From NCBI RefSeq assembly GCF_036321535.1, contig NC_087436.1, positions 24,182,001-24,246,000 of the forward strand: a stretch of 64,000 nt of DNA, given 5' to 3'. Source of the stretch: Camelus dromedarius. Its lineage: Eukaryota. The notes beneath the pieces are model-generated. The model was not told the origin of the DNA. It saw only the letters and a program-made list of their open reading frames with translations, and did no database searches. Every line of letters begins with the position of its first letter. The stretch's first letter is position 1. A program made the position numbers and the translations under genes. Shown here piece by piece: positions 55,324 to 64,000 of this stretch.

Positions 55324-56905
55324 GTACCTGTTTGCGTCAAAATAAGTTAAATCTTCTAACTTGAGTTAGTACTGTGAAAGTGTTTTTTCCTTTATTTTCC
55401 AGCTATGTATTTTTAAAGGGCAGTGTAAGCTAGTGAAAAGAGCTTAGTTGTTAGACAGTCTTGAGTTAAAATTCACATATTACTTATAGCTTGAGTAAAT
55501 TATTAAATTTAACTTAAATTTTTGTCTTATCTCTAAAAATCAAGGATAATAATATCACCAGAGGCACTGGAGAGCATTAGTGAGGTAACACATAAAAATA
55601 GGCACCTAGCAAATACACATTTCCTTCCCTTCTCCCTGCATTATGTACTTACCTCATCCAAATGTTCTTCATAAACCTAGGATAGGATTTCTTTGAAGGA
55701 ATCAATTCTATCTTAGCCAGTGTTCTGTCTGAGGTGTTTAAGGCTTTTTACTTTTTTTCACATCTCATTTTCAGCCTATTAATAAGTCCTGTGGGCTTCA
55801 CTTTCAGAATAGATCCCCAATTCAACTATTTCCTACCCCTCCACAGTAACCATGCAAGTCCAAGCCATCATCATCGCTCATCTGACTGGTAACTTCCTAA
55901 CTGGACTCCCTGCTTCCATTCTTGCTCCTCACCATCTACTCAGCACATGCAGCCAAATTATTTGTTCACAAATTATACCATGTCACTTCTCTGCTCAAAC
56001 CTTCCAAGCGCTCCCCACCACTCTTATCCTAAAAACCTGAAGTCCTCACTAAAGCCCACTAGACCTCTGCGACCTGAACCCCTCACCATTCTCATACCTC
56101 TCTTCCTACCGTACTCTGCTCCAGCTGCACTGGCCTCCTTTTTGTCTTTTACCTGAAGCGTAACTGATTTACAAACCTGTATTAGTTTCAGGGGGCCTCC
56201 TCACTATTATTCTTTGCTGCTGCCAAGCATACTCCTGCCTCAAGGCCTGATTATCTGTTGTTCCCTCTGCCTGCCATGTTCCTCCTAGATCTGTAATGCC
56301 TTGCTTTTTCATTTCCCACCTCAGAGAGACTGAATCTAGGCACCCTATTTAAAAATACCCCTCCAAGACTCTCTCCTTCAGCTTCTTTATTTTTTCTCAT
56401 AGCATTTATCCTACCTTGGCATTGTAAAATACATACATATGCATTTCTCTGTCTTCCCACCTGAAATGTAAGTTCTGTGAAGATGGAGACTTTGTTTTGT
56501 TCTCTTTGTATCACAAGCATCTAGAACAGTGCCTGCCATGTGCCAGGCATTCAGAAATATTTGTTGAATGAATAAATGAAAAAACTTTTCACTTCCTGCT
56601 ATCAAATCAGCAAACTTACTTCCTTCTACAGCCATCCTTTCCCTTCTCCTTCCTTTGAGGAGAGGTGTTTTCCTTCCTGTCTGAAGTTAATTTCTCACCT
56701 ATGTCCTGCCTCCTCAATGATTTTGACTTAGCCTTCACATTCAACTTTCCTAGCTACACAATTTTCTTTCTAGCAGGCACAAGTCTATCCCATCTTAAGT
56801 AAAAATAAAAAAAATTTTTTTTTAATTAAAAAAAAAGAAGAAGATTCTCTGTCTGCATCTCCTACCACCTGCCAGCCTCTCTCCCGCTCTTCACAGCCCA
56901 GCTTC

Positions 56906-57220
56906 TCGAGATGAGATCATCCTGGATTTCAGACAGGCCCTAAATCTAATGACTGATGTCCTTATATGAGAAAGGAGAGGAGGAAGGAGAGGGAGATTTG
57001 AGACACAGGCCCAGGGAAGAAGGTCATATAAAGACCCCTGTTAAGATGGAGGGAGTTACTGGAATTGTGCTGCTACAGGCCAAGGAACAGCAAGGATTGC
57101 CAACTTGCTGACACCCTGATTTCAGACTTCTGGCCTCCAAAACTATGAGCAAATACATTTCTGTTGTTTTATTCCCCAAGTCTGTAGTAATTTGTTACAG
57201 TAGTCCTAGGGAACTAACAC
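56906..57220 (+). mobile_element. MaLR LTR (MLT1-like)
   Basis: GAGATCATCCTGGATT...GACACCCTGATTTCAGACTTCTGGCCTCCA...GGAACTAACA. Confidence 0.75.
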
Positions 57221-57885
57221 ATCTACCTTCTAAACATCTTGAAATCCATCCATGTTTCTCTATCATGATTGTCCCCAAATGGGGACAATGTTCAGACAAT
57301 GATTACAGCAGTCCTCTGACATTTCTCTCTGCTGCTAGCCTCAGCCAATCTTTCTAAAATGCATGAAAGTTACTCCACTGTTTATAATCTGTGAGTCGCT
57401 TGCCAGTGCCTGCTGGATTAAGTCTAAATGCCTGGTCTGAACAACTTAGTTTGGCTTCTGCTTACTTGTATAGCCTTACTTCCCACCTCTTTTCACTCTC
57501 ACCCTTTATTCTATGCTCCAAACACAGAAATAATTTCTGTTATTTATGGGATACTTACTCTGTGCCAGATACCATTCTAAAGGCTAAATCTCACAACCAC
57601 CCTGTAAGGTAGGAAACAGTCTTCTTTCAATGTCTCTGCCTTTCAGACTTTGCACATGCTGTTCTCTGCTTAAAACACTCCTACTTTCTCTTTGCTCTTT
57701 GTCCCCTCTCCTCATTTGGATAATTCACACCTACACTAAATTTAGGTCTCAGATTATTCAGCACTTCCTCCATGAAGCAGTCCTTGATCTTCCTCAATCT
57801 GGGTTGTGTCCCACCCCTACTGCCCTTATTCCCATTACATCCTGTGCTTCCTCTATCATAATATAAAATGTTGTCTATTTACTGG

Positions 57886-58221
57886 TGTCTTAGTCTGTTT
57901 GGGCTGCTATAACAAAACACCACAAACTGGGTAACTTACAAATAACAGAGTTTTATTTCTAACAATTCTGGAGGCTGAAAGTCTGATATCAGTGTGCCAG
58001 CCTGGTCAGGGGAGAGTCCTCTTAAAGGTTGCAGACTTCCCACTGTCCCCTCACATGGTGGGAGGGGTAAGCCAGCTCTCCCTGGGACCTCTTTTGTAAG
58101 GGCACCAATCCCATCCCTCACTCATAACCTAATCACCCCTCAAATGTCCCACTTCACGTACCATTATCTTAGGATTTTAACATACGAATTTTGGGGGAAC
58201 ACATACTCAGACCATCCAACA
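57886..58221 (-). mobile_element. MaLR LTR (MLT1A/MST-like)
   Basis: TGTCTTAGTCTGTTTGGGCTGCTATAACAAAACACCAC...CAGACCATCCAACA. Confidence 0.8.
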
Positions 58222-60035
58222 GGCCTATAGCTCACACTGCATTTTATGTTTCTTGTGGAAAGAGGCTGTTCATGTCTCTTGTCATTGTAACCCCATCCCC
58301 AGAATCTGGCACAGTGCCTGACACATGAAGAGATACTCATTTAGCATATTTGAGTAAGTGAAAGAACCTTGAATACAGGCTGCTAGTAGCTTATGTCTCT
58401 ATTGACTCCTACTTGCCTGCTGTCCCCTTCTTCAGAATTCTGATGCCTCCTAGGCCTTTGCTTGGGCCAGTTCTGAAATGTCTTTTCATAGGAATTTCCT
58501 GAGACCAGGAGGCCAGTTAATCCTCACGTCCCTATCACACTCAGCACTTGGTCAAATAGAAGGCTCTCGAGGCAGCTATGTGCTCCCATTCCTCTGTAAT
58601 CCTCTTCCTGCTCTGTCCTTTCCCCTGTGTCCTCTGGAACTCCTGCCTATTCCAAACAAACTCATCTATATTCTCCCTCCTTATAACAAAATATTCCTTC
58701 CACCTCCTGGCTTTAAACAGAAACCTGCTTTCCCTTTAGGAAGCTACTCTTTCTACTGCCATTTTGGGTGGAGGCTGTTAACCTGTCTCACTCTCATGGA
58801 GAAGCCTCTCCTTTTGGGCCAATATTTTTCAACCATCTACCTCTCTACTCTTGCTGCCTACTGTCATCTACTAAGTTTCTAGTTATTCATTTCTCTAGTT
58901 TATGATCCTTATCTCCCTGTGAGTCCCACCAGCATCTGGGATAATTTCATTTGGACAGCCCAATCTTACCTTTCCTTGAATCCTCAATCTGATGACCTTT
59001 AACACACTACACTTGGTCTGTTATGTGACTGTACCTAAGTTTGTCACCAGGAACTGCTCTACCACTTAAATCCTAAATTTCAACATCTTCCATTCCTTTA
59101 GCTCCTCAGTTTTCTTGCTGGAAGTTCCCTTCTGACACTTCTTTCTTGATCAGCCTAGATGCATGGTCCAGCTTTTCATGATCCAGCTTTTTACAAACAT
59201 CCTTACTCCCTTGTTCCCTTGTTTACATGGCTCAAATCCAGCTTGGGAGCAACATAATCAGTTACTTTCCATCCCTGTAACCAGGCTTCTGAGTACTTGT
59301 CTTGGCTAGAACTCTTTGGTTGGTTGTAACAAATCAATTCAAAATAGTTTAGAGAAAAGAAGAGTTTAATGGAGCTAGCAGAGCAGCTCACGTAATCAAA
59401 CCACAGGAAGGGCAAGAGTGCAGCTGGGGCTCCAGGAGAGCTGCAACTAGACTCCGGCTGCTGGGAATCACTCCCACTGTCTTTTCTGCTTCTCTCAGTG
59501 TACTGGTTTTCTCCACATGCCAAGAAATAGGCTTAAGCATCATATCCTGTGGGTTCCATCCCTAGAAAGTTACTGACTTTTTCCTCTTATTCTAGTTTAG
59601 AAAATCCCAAGGAAGGGCTTCTGATCTAGCTTAGGTCAGATGTTCCCTCATGGAGCAATCACTTATAACTTAGAAGGTATTTGAGTTGTAGCCTCCATTA
59701 GAACTAGATGACAGAGTCAGGGAAGGAACAGTTTTCCCACAAGGAGAGCGTAGTGGACACACAAAACAATAGATGGCTACCTGAGAACTGCTGGAGATCT
59801 ATTAATTGAGGCCACTAAAAATTTATAATATCAACTTCAGAAGGACTCTCAGAACTGTCTGGAGAATCAGCTCATCCTTAAGGACTTTGTTGAATCTTTC
59901 CTGTCCTTACAGTTCCTTAAAATACAATTTTGAGCAGTTCTGTAATCCGACTGGATTCATCTTTCAGAAGCCTGTCATATAATACTTTAGGCCCTTGAGG
60001 TTTTAACTCAGTTATCAAATTTGACCATTTTTAAG

Positions 60036-60358
60036 TATTGCCTATTACATAACAGAAGAATGAGGGTTGTCTAAAAAGGATTTGAAAACAAAAGTAAAGA
60101 TTTTATTTTGGAAAGATCCATGAATAGCTTGAAAAATTTCACTGGACCTAACCAATTGGCCTCTGAATTTCTCTCACAACTACCGTGTTCAAAATGAAAA
60201 AACAACAAAACAAGTGATACTTGTACCCTGGAGAATACAGAAACCCCACGTACGCTGGTGATACTGCTCCTTAGCAAACACTGGGTTTCTCTAGGCTGTA
60301 TGATCCATGGCCCACGGCATACAACTACTACTGGTAGGAATGGGGTCTTATCAGTTAA
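60036..60358 (+). pseudogene. Fossil terminal exon H
   Basis: CCATTTTTAAG| acceptor, phase 2: IAYYITEE*GLSKKDLKTKVKILFWKDP*IA*KISLDLTNWPLNFSHNYRVQNEKT (all stops TGA). After a shift in an A-rich run: K*YLYPGEYRNPTYAGDTAP*QTLGFSRLYDPWPTAYNYYW*EWGLIS*. Confidence 0.45.
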
Positions 60359-63205
60359 ACGCCTGATTGAGAGCAGTACTTAAAACTACTGACTTATTTT
60401 CTAATGGCCCATGATATGTTTTAGCATTCGCTAAAAAGCATTACATTTTTCTAATTTATGTAATTTCTAACCTCACATGTTAGACTTCACAGCTGTTAAG
60501 CTCTATCAGTAAGGTTCTTCTAGCCCAGAATGCAAACTGAAATGACCAGTTATCTCTTTTGAGCACTTTCTGGTTTCTTCTTCTGGCTCATTGAGCCATC
60601 TTTTAACCTATGACTTGTTTAAAGTGGATTGGTCATCTTGTATGATGACCTTTCTCATGCTAAGTTAATATATTTAAGCTAGCAGTCTAATTTATTTAGC
60701 AGTTTGTGTAAACTGATCTCCCAGAGCTTTACCAGTGGATAAACTTTTCAAATACAGTTCCTCAACCTGTACTTAGCTGCATTTCAGGCCCAACCCTGCT
60801 GTCTACCGTTAATCTACCATTACTTAAGCAATCCACTAGCTGGTCATATGCAAATGCATAACTGCTACAGGTTATATGGAAAAAAATTTTTTTTGGTCTG
60901 TGTCTTTTAGAGGTTGATTTTGATGATGCAAATTATTCAACTTTTGCTTTATTAATTAAGGGTATATATAATGTCTTCATAACACATTTCCAGGTGAGAT
61001 AAAATTCATCCACTTAATACTCAGTGAGGATTTTCCTTTGTGCGAGGCTTCATGGTTGGGGTAGAATGGGATGTGAGAAACTAAAATACATGGTCCCAGG
61101 TCCCAATCCAGTTTGGGAGAAAAGATCTCTATAAATTAAAATACCAAGTAATCAAGAACTAAATAACAATTTGAATGACACAAACATCAGATGTTCTGAT
61201 GTGAGTAGAAAGGACAGTAAAGCTGATTTTTTAGGAGAGCATCACTGTGGGTTAAAGTGGTAAGGGATGCTTCACAGAGAAAGTAAGAAATATGCTGTGC
61301 TTTGGAAAGGAATAGGAATTGCATGGCGAACTCTATGCTGGAAGAATAGGATGAGCAAAAGCTTCAATCTTAAAGGTTGGTGTGTGACTCAGTTTGGCTG
61401 GAAGGGAGTTTTAGCTAGGGGAGTTGTGGGAAATCAGATTGCAAAGATGAAGCTAGACTGTGCTTGTTGCCAATAATGTCAGGTGTTGTGTGCAACTATG
61501 AAGATTCATTTTATGTGGGATGAATTTCTTTTTTCATCTTAGATGTCTCTGCCATATCAAAAGGGCCCATTCTAAACGCTTAGACCACAAGCCTGGAACA
61601 TGGTAGAACATAGTATCATGGCAACAGTTCTCTATTTTTAATGTTGGTAAGGGGTTTAGTATAAAGCTCACATGGCTCCAAATATATTTAAGTGTTCAGT
61701 GGATGCTCCCTTTGGAATCTTAGCACTGTTCTCAAATAAGCTAATAATGGAACTACTTAAGACTTTACTGCTTATTGGTAGATTCATTCACTCATGTAAT
61801 AATTTATTGAGTACCATCTATGTACAAGGCATTTAGAATACACTTTGGGAGACTTAAAGATGAATAAACATGATTTTTGCCCTTAAAGAGCTTACAGTAG
61901 TATTAAAAATAAGATACTCAAAAAAGTTTAAGATAACACTACATGTAAAAATGACTAAAAGAAAGATGGAAAGTGCTATGAAAGATCAGAGAAGGAAGAA
62001 ATTCTACTCAGCTGAAAACCTTAAAGAATGGGCAGAATTTGCTCAGTTGGTAATAGAGGAAAGACATTTCAGCAAGAGTGAGAAGTATGAAAAAAGGCTT
62101 GGCATGGGAAAGCACTGGGAATGTTTGCAGAGCTGTGAACAACCCAGTGGTTGACTTGTCGGTTCATAGATTAATGGAAAGCAGATTTCCAGGGTTGGTT
62201 TTTTTTTTTCAATTATATATTTTATTGAAGTGTGGTTGATTTACAGTGTTTCCAGTTTTTTAATTACGATGTGCTGATGCTCCACTTGGGAAAGACACTG
62301 TACAACAATGAAAGTGGCCCTTTCTTTTGTCTTTGAATGGCAGTATTTTCAACAAGCTGCCAGTGTGGCCCTCTTGACCACACAATTAGTAACGCTAACC
62401 CTGAAATTTTCATGAGCAATGATGAAAGAGCACACAAGACTCAATATTAATACAGATTAATATAAGCCTATTTTTGTCAGAAAGTCTCATTTACATGTTT
62501 GAAAGACAGAAGTCTCAATATTTCATGATAGTTTCTTCTCCTAACAGGAGAAAGCTCAAAATTGTTTTTTCTAAAGCATCTCTAGGGGAATATCACTCAA
62601 CATTAAAAAGGAATTAACCATTGACACATGCAGCAACACAGATGATTCTCAACATCATTATGCTGAGTAAAAGAAACCAGATTAAAAAAAGTAAATACTG
62701 TATGATGATCTCTTTTATATCAAACTCTAGAAACTGCAAACTAATCTATAGATACAGGAAGCTGAGATTGGGGCTGGGCAGGGTAGGAGGGAAGGATTAC
62801 AGAAGGGCATGAGAAAACTTTCTGGAGTGATGGGTGTGTTCACTACTTTGTGGTGATGATTTCATGGCCGTGTACATGTATCAGTTGTACATATTAAATA
62901 TGACTTTACTGTTTACTGTATGTAAATTATACCTCAATAAAACTGTTTTTAAAACATAACACTTCCCTTTGAGGACCATCAACTTCATCTTTTATACTAT
63001 TTTATGTCACATCTGAGTAAAAGATTATGTGATGTTTAAATAAGATCAGTGTGTGTGTGTTTTAATTTCTGGACCAGATAAGATAATCATGGCAAAAAAG
63101 ACAAAAGCACTTATATGACTAGGTATAAACTATTATAGTTAAATGAGTAAGTACCTTGCATAAGGTAGAATGGTCTACAATATCTTATTTCTATAGATTG
63201 AAACT

Positions 63206-63338
63206 GCTTTATTAGGGAATACTTTATTAGCTTTATTAGGGAATACTAGGGAATACTTAAATTCCCTAGTATTAATATAAATTAATAAATTAATACTTTA
63301 TTAGCTTTATTAGGGAATACTAGGGAATACTTAAATTC
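63206..63338. repeat. Complex local direct + inverted duplication
   Basis: Perfect 47-bp direct repeat (63218-63264 / 63292-63338) with an inverted 13-bp copy at the junction. Confidence 0.9.
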
Positions 63339-63848
63339 AGAATACAAGTAGATAATGGAATAAATAGTCCTGTTACTACCTCATGTAATAATGTAAAAAC
63401 AGACTATTCACTGACAGAAAAAATTTAATTTTATTAACCTTCTTCATTTCGACATAAACTGTAGAGATGGCATCGCCATGTAGTTGTTGAATACTGGGTA
63501 TATTGTTGAAACATTCCTGACAGTGTTCAATTTCTCTTTTATGCAGCTATTCAAGGAACATACAGAAGGCCCAAACCAAGTAAATTTCCTTCCTAAAGGT
63601 GTGCATGTGACTGTCACAGTGAGCCTTATGCTGTCCCCATGAATACAAGCCTCAACCCAGGCAGGCGATTGTGTATCCTCTGACTACCTCATGCTCAAGG
63701 CTCTCCCGTATCACACACACAAACTATAAGTAAAACAGTAAATAAAACAGCCAACCAACTTGATCCCTGCCCTGTGGGGATTAGTCTAGTCAGGGCCACA
63801 AACTGGGTATTTCAATACAACGTAGTGGGTGCTATGAGAGCAGAAGTA

Positions 63849-64000
63849 CAAGCAGACCTGGCTTCAGTGTGCTTTGCTTTATTGTGCTGTGCAGAAATTA
63901 TGTTTCCAATTGAAGGTTCATGGCAGCCCTGCGTCAAGCAAGTCTATTGATGCCATTTTTCAAAGCATTTGCTCATTTTGTGTCTGTGTGTCACATTTTG
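63849..64000. mobile_element. Tigger1 terminus (continues past the window)
   Basis: TA-CAAGCAGACCT...TTGAAGGTTCATGGCAGCCCTGCGTCAAGCAAGTCTAT...GTCACATTTTG. Confidence 0.8.

Larger units (their letters stand above)
39519..60358 (+). pseudogene. Candidate decayed multi-exon protein-coding gene (unitary pseudogene) head-to-head with RAB33B; family unknown
   Basis: Chain of exon-like unique segments with AG/GT signals and largely matching phases (individual entries below). Manual reconstruction with no homology search; the 5' boundary is uncertain. Confidence 0.5.

Noticed and set aside
40573..60358. Many in-frame TGA codons in the fossil exons read as selenocysteine or readthrough
   Set aside because: TAA and TAG stops and frameshifts also occur, and I saw no SECIS-like hairpin. 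CGA-to-TGA decay is simpler.
63206..63338. CRISPR-like repeat-spacer array
   Set aside because: There are only two long repeat units, the spacer is derived from the repeat itself, and the context is eukaryotic with no cas genes.

Overview
Mammalian genomic DNA, most likely a camelid, judging from five tRNA-Ala-derived SINEs of the vic-1 type. The only intact protein-coding gene is RAB33B (minus strand, two coding exons 38931-38683 and 28543-28103, 229 aa, 3' UTR to about 25718, CpG-island promoter about 38650-40050). The window also holds an H3.3 (H3F3A) processed pseudogene with 15-bp target-site duplications (TSDs), many L1 copies (several young, with TSDs), solo LTRs, Tigger/MER DNA-transposon relics, and L2/MIR fragments. 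The most notable unexplained signal is on the + strand, head-to-head with RAB33B: a chain of about 8-9 exon-like segments in non-repetitive DNA (about 39.5-60.4 kb). They have splice signals, mostly compatible phases and protein-like translations interrupted mainly by TGA stops. I read this as a candidate decayed multi-exon protein-coding gene (unitary pseudogene) of a family I cannot name; it is a manual reconstruction that needs homology testing. Repeat family names are from recognition, not a database search.
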